Shown here: positions 22,074 to 34,515 of the stretch, one piece after another | Numbering within the stretch: the stretch's first letter is position 1 | Layout: each line of letters starts with the position of its first letter | DNA from: the human T2T-CHM13v2.0 reference genome, Homo sapiens | Length of the DNA: 64,000 nt | Strand: one strand, 5' to 3' | NCBI RefSeq assembly: GCF_009914755.1 | Contig: NC_060942.1 | The notes under the pieces: generated by a model | Database searches by the model: none | What the model was told of the DNA's origin: nothing | The model's input: only the letters and a program-made list of their open reading frames with translations | Translations under genes and position numbers: made by a program

Positions 22074-24804
22074 CCTGGGCTCAAGAATATCTCCAAAGAA
22101 ATGTGTTTGTTGCATTCATGTTCTTTCAGCAAATACTACTTAGAAACAGATCAGAGGGCCAATTCCAGTAAACGGAGAAGAATCATTGGTAGTTAGGTCC
22201 ATCCGTTGGTCTTCAAACCATATATTGGAGCACTTAAAATACATTCTCTTCTTCTTCATTGAACCAACTGCCCAGTCCAGCTTCCCACACCAGGCTTTGT
22301 GTTCTCAACCCAGCCTGCCCACAGTATTCACAAAGGCAAGCTGGATTCTGTCATCCCAGACCCAGAATGAATGCCGTTCATGGGAATCTCTAGTTTTTGA
22401 GAAATTTGACTGGTGTCTATTTTACTCTTATGAGCAGATGATGTTCTTTGTTTATGAGAGAAATTAGGCCAAATCCGAGTTTTCCACAGATGGAGACGCC
22501 TGAATTATTGATTAGAGGCTCATGAATTGGGTTCTGGCAAATGACAGGGCTGAGGGCGGCTGATTTGTGTGTCACTATGGGAACAGCTTGATCCCAGCGG
22601 GGCCTGGGCCCTTCTGATGCAGTGTTGGGCCTGGCAGGGGCCCTGGGGGCTGGCTCTGAGAATAGAGTAGGTGTGGGGGTCCTTCCTTGGCTGCTTCTGC
22701 TGGGCTCTACTGGTTCCCAGAGAGCTGTGAGGCAGGGCCTAGATGGGGGCCTGGACTGGCAGCTGGGATGAATGCTCAGGCTCCAGTGACTCCTCTGCTG
22801 GACCCCCAGATGGTTGTAGGTAGGTCTTCTTCACTCAGAAAAGAAAGCGACGGACATGGAGATGTTCATTGCAACTTCCCTTCTCCCACCAGGTCATCCT
22901 CTCCTTTAAAATTGAACTGCAAGGCCAGCTGATGAAACCTTTCATGTGGTTGGCTGTGTCTGGCAGCTCAGCAAGCACCTACTGTGTGGAGGCCCTGTCC
23001 TGGGCTCCTGATGAGCAACACTGCTTCATGGAAGAGGCAGTGAGCTCTGCATTTGTGGGGCAAGGACTCAGGAAAGTGCCTTTCAGAGTGTGATCCGGCC
23101 ATCTTACAGACCAATACTAACTGAAGGTCACTGAGCACAGGTCAAGGGCTGTCCATGCATTAAATCATTTGGTCCTCAGAACAGCCTTATGAGCCAGTTC
23201 TCTTGAGAGTGCAACCAAGACACAGAAACATCCAGGAGCTTGCCTAAGACTTCCCAGCCTGTGAGCCACAGAGCCCAGCTCAGGCAACGTTCTACCACTC
23301 CATGACATGGATCTGAGACTTCCCTGACACCAGCCATGAGCCAGAAATCCTTCAGCCTTTAGCTAATAGTTGAATGGGGAGATAGACAAGGACACCATCC
23401 AGCGTTCTTCCCACCAAAGCATACTTACACAGGGCTGGCCTCTCACTTCCCTAGGGGCTGCAAGGTTACTCAGCTCAAGAAAGGGATATTGCATTTCAAG
23501 CCCTGAGTTGGCTTGACCTGGGGCCTGGCATGATCCATAAGGAGGCCTGGGCCAGACCCCAGGTCTTCCTGCCTATTCAGGTGCATCACTCTCTGGTTAT
23601 AGCCCACTGTCTCCTTGGGGCTGTCTGCCTTTAAAACCTAACGTTGAGTATGCCATCAGTTTGCTGGGGAGTTGGGACAAATCACTGCAGCTCTCTGGGC
23701 CTCCAACTCCCTCACTTGAAACCCAGGCATCTGGACTCTACCTCTGGGCTTCCTTCCTTTTTTATTTCTGAGGCCACCTGGAGGGGATGTGCCCCTTCTC
23801 ATGCTGAGGCGGTGAATACATGATCCGCTGGGGATGAGCAGGGAGGCTGCTGAGGTGAATCCATAAGTGTTTGGTCTGAACCACTTTAATTTGCATTCCA
23901 GTTTAATTACCATCTGTCTTTCAGGTTGCCCACATGGGAGAAGAGGCATTGGGGCCCCAAGGATGCTCGCTCTTGCTCCTAAACGCTCCTATTGCACCTG
24001 CCTGGAACATATACCACTGCTCACCTCCATGGACCTATCTGTTTCCAGGGTTCCAGGGTCAGGGGGACCCCAGGGAGCTGCCCCTTCTCTAACCCCTTTG
24101 AGCCTGGGTGGACCCCCCTCTTCTTGTCCTTGTGTTCTGAGTGGGAGCCCCTTCTCAATCCTTCTAGCTTGGAGGTGGCAGGTGGAAAGTAGGTGTGGGG
24201 TAGGGTGAGGGTAGAAGCTCTTTGTCATTCTTTATTCCAGCAAAGAGCCAGAGTCTGAATGTGGAAAAGGTGAAAGAGAAAGACAAAAAGTAAGCCAAAG
24301 AGTAAGTAAAAGTTCAAGCCAAAAGGAACTTTTGAAATTCAAAAAGATCTTTCTCCCCCCATAACAGAGCTTCCCACCTTGTCCACACCTAGCTTACTCT
24401 GCCCTGGGGACTGGCCAGGGCTGTTCCTTCTCTTCTGGGCAGCCCTGTGCCCTTCCACAGCCTAACAAGTTCAAGGTTCCTGCAGGCCTAGCTCAAGGAC
24501 CCCTCTTCTGAGGAGCCTTCCCTGGGCCCTTCTCCCCCAGCCTTCCTCTGCCCTCCCCACCCTCCATGCATGGCCTGAACAGGCCCCAGTCCTGGCATGC
24601 ACAGGGCCCCATGTGGCTTCTTGTGGCTCCGTGGGGGTGGCATCTTTTCCCTCACTGGGCAGGCTCTCCAGCCCCAGGAAGGAGGGCTGGGAGGAAGGGA
24701 AGGAGGAGGTGGCAAAGATGCCTAATCTGAGACAGTGAGAGTGAGGGGAGAGATGGGGCGAGGAGGGGAGACAGGCAGAGAGAGAAGGAAGAGGGCTGGG
24801 GTTG

Positions 24805-25020
24805 GGGGAGGGCGGGCCAGCCAGCAGTCCTCATTGGACTAAACACAGTCCCGGGACAGCACATAATTCGGGCCTGAGTCAGCAAGTTTCGCCTATAATT
24901 TCTTAAGCATCTGTCAGGCCACTGTCTCCCTGCCCCCCTCCATAAGAGGAGCAGCCGCTTCAAAGGGAGCCTGGGAGCGAAAGCCTCATTTAGCAAATGA
25001 GGGGAATGTTTAAAAATAAC
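24805..25020. promoter_or_regulatory. Candidate enhancer/promoter module (GC box, CCAAT, AP-1/MARE)
   Basis: GGGCGGG at ~24810, ATTGG at ~24833, TGAGTCAGCA at 24875-24884, inverted repeat CCTCATTT-agc-AAATGAGG at 24984-25002. Confidence 0.4.
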
Positions 25021-28000
25021 ACAAGGAGTCACCCTCCATGGAGGCGAGGCCACCCCTCCCCTGTGGCTCTCTGTGCTCCTCCTCCAGTCACACAAGGCCC
25101 ACAGGGAGGGCTGGGGACAAATGGCTGGAGTGGAGGGACAGGGCCATGTGACTCCATGTTTGCATGTGACTCCGTGTGACAGCATGTGGCGAGGGGGTGG
25201 TGGGTGTGTGTGCTGGCAGGGGCCCGGGTTGCTGTGCGGCCTGGCCCAGCTGTGCCTGACGGTGTGCAGTCCTCTAGAGGTGGGGCTGAGAGGGCGTGGG
25301 ACAGGCAGGACAGCGCAGGTGTGTGTTCCCCTTTGCAGAAGGGCGGCCCTAGGCAGAAGCGTGAGTGATACGTGTCGGAGTTTACATAGCGCACATGAAA
25401 TGATGTGTGCAGGCTCATGCAGATGCTGTGGCTGGGACAGAGCCACTGGGCCTCCTGGGCTAGTGCTGCTCATACCCTCTTCTGAGATGGTCTCAGCTAC
25501 ACAGACTCCCCTGGATTTAGCCCTAATTCTCATTCCTATTCTCAGAGGTCCACTTCCTTACCTCAGGGCTCTCAGTGCCCATGGCTGGCTTTGGCATGGC
25601 TTTGCCCCCCGCTGTGAGGCCATCTGTCCAGGAGGCACTCAGGGTGCTTTACAGTCAGCATCTTCCACCTGAAGTGGGATCTTTGACCACCATTCCCGGA
25701 TTCCCCTCTGGGGCCCGGCCAGGCCTTCACATGCCTTGTCACGGTTACTCCTCAAACAGCCCCATGGGCAGGCCTGAGCCAGCAAGTTCATTAACCCTAC
25801 ATTATAGACAAGACAGCTACAACTTGGAGAGGTTGAGGCACGTGACCTCGAGCACATCCCCCAACCCCTGAAGCTCCTGCTCAGCTCATGCCCGGTTCTT
25901 GAACCCAAAGGGAAGCAGAAGGTCTCAGTCACATAGTGGAGGAGTTCTCTGGTCTCCAGACTACACCCCACAGAAGAGGAGGCCCCCCATTTCCAAATCC
26001 TGGAGTGCCTTCATGCAGGGCACCTCTGGAGTTAAGTGTTTGTTTTCAGCTTATTAACTCACTGGCAAAGTGGTGGAGTAGGATCTGGGGCATAGACACA
26101 GGGCAGGGAACTTGGAAAACAGGAGTCCAGGCCCTGCCTGATGGGGCAAGTGCACAGTTGGATGCCCAGGGCCCTCCCGAAGCCATGGGAATCTCACATG
26201 GGGGCTGTGCCTGGGCCTGGACATCACTCCAGCCAGGCCCACCTGGCTCGACCTGCTCCAGCACTCTCACCCCATACACTTTGGTTCTTGGGGAGCTCGG
26301 CTCACAGAGGATTCAGAGGCACCCCAAGAAAGCAGAGAGCCAGGATGGAGAGTGTACACCTTGTGACCAAGACCAGTGTGGAGGTGTGGCTGCCCTAACA
26401 GTGAGGTCCAAGGCACTCAGAAAGCCCCTCCTTCTAGCATCTTCCTTGTTAATCTGCTCTGGAGGCTGGCATGCCACCATTAGCACTCATTTTGGGGTTA
26501 AGCACTGCCCATCCCTTGTCGCATGCTTTTCCTTGCCTCAGCATTCTTATTAGTTCTGTCCCACCCTCTAAAATGTCTTTGCTATTTGTCCCACCAAACA
26601 AACATTCCTTGTAAAAAAACAAAACAAAACAAAAAAAAGTCCATCATACACCTGCACCCAGCCGTTCACCCACGGGGCCACTCTCTGCTCTGAGCTGGCT
26701 GGGCTTGGGCCTGAAAGCAGGCCCCAACCCCCCCCGTGTCCTTTCCTTCAGATTCCTGGTTCCTCCAGCTATTCCTCATAGGACATGTTTTCCAGACACT
26801 TCTTCCACGTTGTCATCCTGTCATTTTCACTAACAGCTGAATGTCTAGTCATTTGGCAGTGTTGTCCACAGGTCCCATGGAATTGGGCCTCCCTGTGTGG
26901 GAGGAATTTCCTCAGGCAGGGGCATGATCCACAGGGATGATCACATCTCCCCCACCCTCCTGCCCTTGCCCCTTCCTCTGCTAGTTCAGATCTCTGCACC
27001 CAAGGTGTGCTCTGCTCAGTCTCAGGACTGGGTAACCATCCCGCCACCTCTGCCCAGTTCTTTCTCTGTGGTGTACACGCCACTTCCTGCCTCTACCCTT
27101 CCTTCGAAGAGGGGCTCTGCCCCGGGATGCAGGAGACTGAGAAGATTTAGAGAACTAGCAGAGAGATGTGTACACCTTACCAACAAGGCCAGCAAGGCCC
27201 ATCTTTGTGTTCCAAAATGCAGGGGAAGCCTTCTCTCTATAACCATCATTTAATTCATTTATAAAATAGGCCTTTAGCTCAACACCAGAGGGTCCCTAAG
27301 ATTGCTTTCAGTTTTAAGAACCTGTGGCTATGTTCTTCCCGCTAAAAGCAGGAGTCCCCTCTCTACCTGTTGAGGGAAGAGGGCGGTGGGCTTTGGCTGT
27401 GGAGGGAGAGTGCCTGTGATATATTAGTGGGGGAGGTCCCATTGTCTCTGTCTGTCCCCTTCACACATCATTTCCATCACTTCAGGCCAGGCATGGGGTG
27501 GTGGTGGGGGGCTGGGCTGGCCCCCCTCCAGCCGGGAGTGGAAAAATCCATCACGAACCTAACATATATTTTAAAATAACTTACATGCATAACACCCCCA
27601 CGCTCCCATTTCTGAGCCTCAGATCTGATTATCTGCAGCTCTCTTTCTCTCTCTCTTTTTTAATAAAAAATTGCTATAAATCTTTTTGTCACAGAAGATA
27701 GAAGACGCAGGTTCGCTGGAGAAACTGCCTCGCTGAGTTGTTTCATAGGGTGTTTGGTGCCCTGCTCCATTTTTATTTTTTTTTAAACTCCCCTGCAGCC
27801 CAAACTGAATTTCAAAAATATGAGGAGTAAAGGAAAGCTGTCCCTGGTTGGCTTTAAAGGAGGCAAAGCAGTCAGTAGAGATGGGATGACACACCCATCC
27901 CATCTCTATCCTCGGAGCCCCACACATGCACCCCAGTTCAGTTTGGTCAGTGGGACTGCAGAAGAGGGAGGAGAGATTCCCCAGCATAAGCCCACAGGAT

Positions 28001-28659
28001 AGCTCACTAAAAACATGCCTTCTACGGGAAAGGTCTCTCTGCCTCCCACATACGTCCCTATCCATCTGGTTTAGGCTGACGGTCCTGCGCTATGGGCTTG
28101 CTGGAATGGAAAAGAGGGTGAATGTGCTGCTGGACCTTGGGGGAACCTGAGCAGTGCGGCCAGTGAGGACCTGCATGATAAATCATCTACAGATAGACAA
28201 CTTGGAGGGTGGCCTTTTGCTGAGCAACTGTCGTCCCAATATACCTGACCCATTTGTTACCCAAGCACAAAGCACATTGAAAGAAGAAAATATTTTCCTG
28301 GTTGCTCCATTGTGGGCCAGGGTTGAAGAAAAGGAAAACCCCTAATGTTGCCTGTTATATGCAGCCTTTGAGTGCAGGGCCCTGTACTCATCAGATGCTC
28401 AGCAGCTAGACCTCAGGGAATAGAAGTTGGGTAGGGCAGGTAGAGGAATTGGACCTTTGGAAGAAAGCCAGGAAAGGTATTATGGGGTTGTGGGGAAGTG
28501 GGGGAATGGGGAAAGCCAGGAATTCAAGGTGGGCCTGTCTAGGAGCGGGTGAAGGAGACCAGTCTGAACAAAATGGAACGTCTGGGAGAGCTGCTGATGT
28601 GTCTATCATCCATCCAAGCAAAGGTGGAAGGTCAGACCTCACTTTGTTAGACCTCAGGA

Positions 28660-28860
28660 AAGACAGCATGGTTTATTGAAAAAAGAAAACAAACCTTAGG
28701 ATCTAATAGACCTACTGCTTACTCTTCTTTGGACCTGGGCCAGTTTCCTTACATCTTTGTGCCTCACTTTCCTCCCTTACAAGACAGAGAGGATGATATT
28801 ATCTGCAGAACTGCTATGGGGGTTAAAGGCACCAGTGTACATAAAGTTGGGCACACGGGA
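28660..28860 (+). mobile_element. MIR
   Basis: gacagcatgg...gacctgggccagtttccttacatctttgtgcctcactttcctc...gtgtacataaag. Confidence 0.7.
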
Positions 28861-29134
28861 AACTCTCCGAAAACATTGTCCCTACCCAACAACATCACTC
28901 CAGGGAGAGGGCTGCTGGATATTTACTCCAGTTCCTGCCAGGCTCTTTTTAGAATGAGGCAGGTTTTGCCAGCCCAGCATGAGTGAGCAGACATGGCACC
29001 TGCCTGGCCATTCCTGGGTCCCATCAATTCATGGGCTGTTGCTGGATGAGACAAATTTTATCTGTGTTTAATAAAGTCCAGTAGTGTGGCAGCTTATGAA
29101 TCACAGTGTAACACAAGAGAATGGATACCAGATA

Positions 29135-29273
29135 AATATGTGTGTGTGCATGTGTACAGGTGTGTACATGTGTGTATATATGTATGTATATGTGTATATA
29201 TATGTGTGTGTATGTGTGTGGGTATATGTGTGTATATACACATATACCCACACACATACATACAAACGCACAT
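29135..29273. repeat. (TG/TA)n mixed dinucleotide repeat
   Basis: Alternating purine-pyrimidine tract, TG-rich then CA-rich. Confidence 0.9.
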
Positions 29274-31612
29274 GTTAGGATGTTCAGGCATTAATAACAA
29301 TAAATATTGTTATTAACCTGGTTCACAGCCTGCAGTCTGGTTTAATATACGAAGTGAAATGGCAGGTCTGCATCTGTCCTTCCCTCCCCTGCTCCTTGCC
29401 TTCTGTCTGCTCTCCAGGACAACACTGCACATGCCATATTGGATTCCATTCTGGTCCTATTCGGATAAGCAGGAGATTAAATAATGAATGAGATTTCCAT
29501 TAGCTCAATTTTTGGGGGGCATATTTCAGGCAACCTTTTCCTTTTTTAATCAAATCTGCTCTTACCACAGAATATTTTTACATTGATTTTGGGAAAAAAA
29601 AGGATTTTTAAAAGGACTGGTTAAACCGCAACACTGTGTGTACCGAAATTTGGCTGGCACAGAATACTAGTGAGGAGAAGCGGCTGGGATGCAGCTGGAA
29701 GGCAGAAAGTGGAATTTGGAATAGCTCTGAATCACTGGATGCTAGCTCTGTCTACCTTTCCTCTTTCCCACCTCACCGCCCTCCTCTCTCCCATGCCAGG
29801 GTCTCCTGCTCTTAGACTGATGGGCTGGGGAAGACAAGTGGCTCCTTTGTTCTTATTAGTAAGCAGGATTATTTATTAAAATTCTATATCCATGATAGGA
29901 ATTATGAGCAAGGTACCCATCCTTCAGGAAGCCTCCTTCTTTGAGTTGAGGCTACTGTCTTTCTCTTAGGAAGACCCTGAACCATATCTTTCAAAGGACT
30001 GCAAGGGACCAAGCACCCAACTTTCCAGGAACGTAAGAATCTGCTGTTTCTCAGCTACCCTGACTACACACATGGAAAAATCAAGAAGGTTTTTTTTTTT
30101 TTTTCCCCCTTTGGTTGGTGCCGGGGGGCGGGGGGGGGGGGTGCAGGAGGATGTGAGAGGAGGAAGCCTGGAGATTCCATACAAGTCTGGCAAATCTGAA
30201 GGCCTCATCACACTTCACTTTATGATTCTTCCCGTTTCCTAGAATTGGAGGCAGAGTTGGGAAGACCCAGTTCTCGGCTCCTTTCCCCTTGGCTCTTCTC
30301 AGAATTTCACAGCTGCCCTTTGTTGAGTCCCAGCCACAGCTCCTAAGTCTGAGAGTCTGGATTCAGGCTGGGGACACCCGGCGCACCCTCCCCCGAACAC
30401 GGGCTTCTCTTTTTGGTCCTGTCCCACCACCCAGCTCTTCAGGGTACAGGTATCGCCGCCTGCTCCGTGGTGTGTGGGGGTGTTTGTCTCCCTCTCCACC
30501 TGCCCACCTCTCTCCTAGCTCTGGTCTTAGGAAGCACAGATGCCATGTCCTAGTCCTGCATGGGTCCCTTTCCAGACAGCAGGCAGAAAGGTCTGTCAAT
30601 TCATCATGGGATCCCCCGCACCGGGTGCTTAGAACGTATGGGTTGACTGAATGACTCCAAATGAAGGCTCAGGGTGTGGGGGCAGGGGCCAGGACTGCTG
30701 ACTGTCCTCAGATACCCAAAGGGTGGCCATGCGGAAGAAACCCTGAGCCTGACCTACATACTCATGTGCTGGGAAATGTGGCTCTCCCTGGCGATTTGAT
30801 TTCCCACATGAATAAACACTTTCCCACCAGCTTTCTGGGAGGACTGACCAAAACCTGGAATGGGTTTGGTGCCTCTTGCCCTTTTGATGACTGGCCTGAG
30901 AACTAGGAGCCAGGGGGCAGCCAATGGGGAGGGCCCCCTCAGGATGTGATGCACTGCTTCCTACTGAGGGGCAAACTCACCATGTTTGAGCTAGGAGGAA
31001 TCTTGGGGGTATTGCAGTCCCCCAAGGATGCCTCATTGTGGGGGAGGGTTGGGCAGACAGTTACTGCAGAGGAGGTTGCTGTGTTTTGGGACACCCCTTG
31101 CTGTAAGCACGCTCTTCACTGAGCTGAAATCTGTCTGCTCATCCCTTGTGTATCTGGTTTACTCTACGCTATTCTGAAAAGTGGGTAGGCAGACCCTAGC
31201 CTGCACCCTGTTGTCGAGGTCCAGAAAGCCAAGTGTGGGGGGCTGCATCAGGGAAGGGAGTGTCCAGAGTGAGGGAGACCCTGGCGGGGGGTGAAGAGAA
31301 TGGGTGACAGAACCTGGCAGGTGACAAAGACAGGAGGGGGAGCTGAGGGACATGGTAGGGAGGGGACAGAAGTGTCAGGACTCTGGGTCTATACTTGAGA
31401 CCTAGCAAGGGGACAGGGCTCTGTTTACAGATGGGTTTCTTGCTTTAGGTTTCATGCTTTACCTGCCCAGGCCCAACCACCTGCCATTCTGCCATTCTGG
31501 GCTCCCTGGGGCACTGCAGACAGAGTTTGCTTTACAAAGTGACCCTTCACATGCAGCGCCTCAGGGCCAGGCACACCCACTGGGCCCAGCCTGAAAGCTC
31601 TTCTCTCTCAGG

Positions 31613-31749
31613 AATTTTGGTTGGCTGCTAATATTGGGATGAGAAAGGCCAATGAGAATGATGGAGGCGGAGACGGCCTCAGGGCCACTTTCAGGTGTTG
31701 ACTGGACTGAGCGGCTGCCACTCCCCGTGCCGATGTGTGTGAGGTTCTC
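31613..31749 (+). repeat. Copy 1 of a 137-bp local direct duplication
   Basis: 133/137 identical to 34379-34515. Confidence 0.97.
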
Positions 31750-32602
31750 GGGAGAGCATGACAGGAAAAGGACAGAAAGAGGAGAAGAGCAAAGCTGGAC
31801 TCTCCCTACCCCCGCCCCTGCCTCCCTGGCAGCCTAGGCTTACACAATCCCTGGCTCCTGTTCCAGGCCCAATTAATCTACTCTCTCCCCTGTCTCCTTC
31901 CTTCTCTGCTCCTGAAGACAAGGAAAGGAGAGTGTGCCCTTTTGGCTGATGCCTCTGCTGAATTATTTGAGAGATGAGACTTTAAATGGATGTTTAAAGG
32001 GCCAGAGGCCTGGGCCTCCACTCCTGGGCACATGAAGGTCCAGGGCTGCAGGCCAGTGTGGGCACGCTGTCCCCCGGCCCACCCACTCCACACCTGGGCT
32101 ACCAGAACCTCGGGCTGGCAAACCCGACGATAGGGCTTGACATCATGCCTGTGTGTTCGTGTGTGCGTGTGGGCATCCCTGCACACGCTGTGCCAGCCAC
32201 CTTCAGTGTGCATGCTGGTGAGAGCTGTCTCTGCACATAGGCCATCTACGCTTTTGGCGTGTGTGTTGGGGTAGACGGATGTGGCATGTGAAGGTGAGAG
32301 TGTGCCCAGCAATCGCATATTGTATGCCTGTGTGCATGTATGACCAAGTGACTTAGGGTGCGTGAGTCAGCCTGCACACCCCCGTCACCGCAGATGCAAG
32401 GAGGGCACACAAGCAGCCTGAGGTGGACATGTGCCTGTAAAATCCCCTGCCAGGGCTGGGCTGCTGTTGGCCTCAAGGCCTGAAGTGGAAATGAATGGTC
32501 CAGCTGCCCTGCAGGGGCACTGCTCCCTTGATCCTGGAGTTCTGCATCCGTGAGATCCAGAGATGGGGAGAGGCACTACTTCCCAAAGGCAGAAACCAAG
32601 AG

Positions 32603-32894
<292 letters not shown>

Positions 32895-33769
32895 TAGCCT
32901 GATTTTTAAGGGAAGAGTTTTGAAATTTATTCAGAGTTCAGAAGTCTCGAAGAGAGGGAAAGCCCATCCCAATGTGTGGGAGACGTGTGTGTTTATGTGG
33001 GCATGTGGCTGCATTGTTGAGGCTGTGTGAGGGTGAGGGAACATGGTCCCACATTAGCCAGTGGCACCTGGTCCCATGGGTATCTGTGTATGTGTGTGTG
33101 CATGGCAAGAAAAATAGGGTCTGGCTTTGACCAAACCATCTCCAGGAGGTGAGGCCATGGGGTGACTTATTCATGAGGGGCACTGCTGCTACTTGCTTCT
33201 CACTTTCTGATGGGTGAAGAACGTTAGGTATTAACTGGCATTTAAAACACACAAGATACCTAAAATCCTACAGAATCCACCAAGTCCAGCCTAATCAAAG
33301 TTCCCTGAAACCCAGAGAGCAGCCAGCACCAGGCAGGGCTCTCCCCAGGCTTCAGAGATGGGCAGCTCAGCAGCTTATCGAGAAGGGCAGTGGCAGGCAG
33401 GAGATGAGGTGGGCTGCATGGGGAAGTGGTGCAGCTCCCTGCTAGCCTAGATAGGCCCTCTCAAGGCCTAGTTCAGCTGTGCCAACTGTGCCTCCCTCCC
33501 AGCCAGGACCCGTGTCCAGGGGCTCCTAGCCACTGTTTCTCCTGCAGGAGGGTAACTGTGCCCTCCAGCCGCCTGGCATACCAAAAGCAAGGTCATCTCC
33601 CTATCCACCTCTTCCATGGAGCAGATCCTGACCACTCAGCACCCTTTTCTTTGCTGTGGTGTTTTCTTTATTTTCTTCCCTCCTTCATGCTGGGGGATGA
33701 GGAAGAATACAACCACATAAGACCTCTGAGTCAGCCGTCCAGATTTGAATTTAACCCATTCAAGTTTGC

Positions 33770-33950
33770 CAAAGATTCACAGAGTACCTACTGTGGCTTA
33801 GGAGCCGAATGTCCATTGCTGGACAAAACAGATATGATACCTTCTGTTGCAGAACTTCCAGCCCAGAGACGGAGACTGCTTATGGCATGTTATAAACCAG
33901 AGTGTCTGGTGCTGTCTGAGGATACAGAGGGTACAGCTGGGGTTCAATGA
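33770..33950 (-). mobile_element. L2 fragment
   Basis: gagtacctactgtgg...gacaaaacagatatgataccttctgttgcagaacttccagcccag. Confidence 0.55.
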
Positions 33951-34061
33951 GAAACACATCTTATCCCAATAAGAGTGGAGATTCCAGGGGGCAGAGACAG
34001 CATGTTTCTTCTTGCCCTCACCTCCACAGTCCTTAGTCCAGGCCTGAATTTTCACAGAATA

Positions 34062-34341
34062 TAGATGGATGGATGGATGCATGCATGCATGGGTGGATGG
34101 GTGAGCAGATGGATGCATGCATGGGTGGATAGATGGATGGATGGATGGATGCATGCATGCATGTGTGTATGGATGGGTGGGTGCATGGGTGCATGTGTGT
34201 ATGAATGGGTGAATGGTTGAGTGGACGGGTACGTGTGTGTGGATGGGTGGGTGGGTGGATGGATGGGTGCATGTGTGTATGAATGGGTGAATGGATGGAT
34301 AGATGAGTGCATGTGTGTATGGACGCGTGAATGAATGGATG
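34062..34341. repeat. Compound (GGAT)n/(GCAT)n/(GT) satellite
   Basis: Direct read of the sequence. Confidence 0.95.
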
Positions 34342-34378
34342 TTACTTCTGCATCACACTCTGCTCTCTTAGCTTTGGA

Positions 34379-34515
34379 AATTTTGGTTGGCTGCTAATAT
34401 TGGGATGAGAAAGGCCAATGAGAATGATGGAGGCAGAGATGGCCTCAGGGCCACTTTCAGGTGTTGACTGGACTGAGCGGCTGCCACTCCCCGCGCCAAT
34501 GTGTGTGAGGTTCTC
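34379..34515 (+). repeat. Copy 2 of the 137-bp local direct duplication
   Basis: 133/137 identical to 31613-31749. Confidence 0.97.

Noticed and set aside
24652-25533. Longest ORF (293 aa, minus strand)
   Set aside because: No recognisable domain; low-complexity composition; consistent with a chance ORF in GC-rich DNA.
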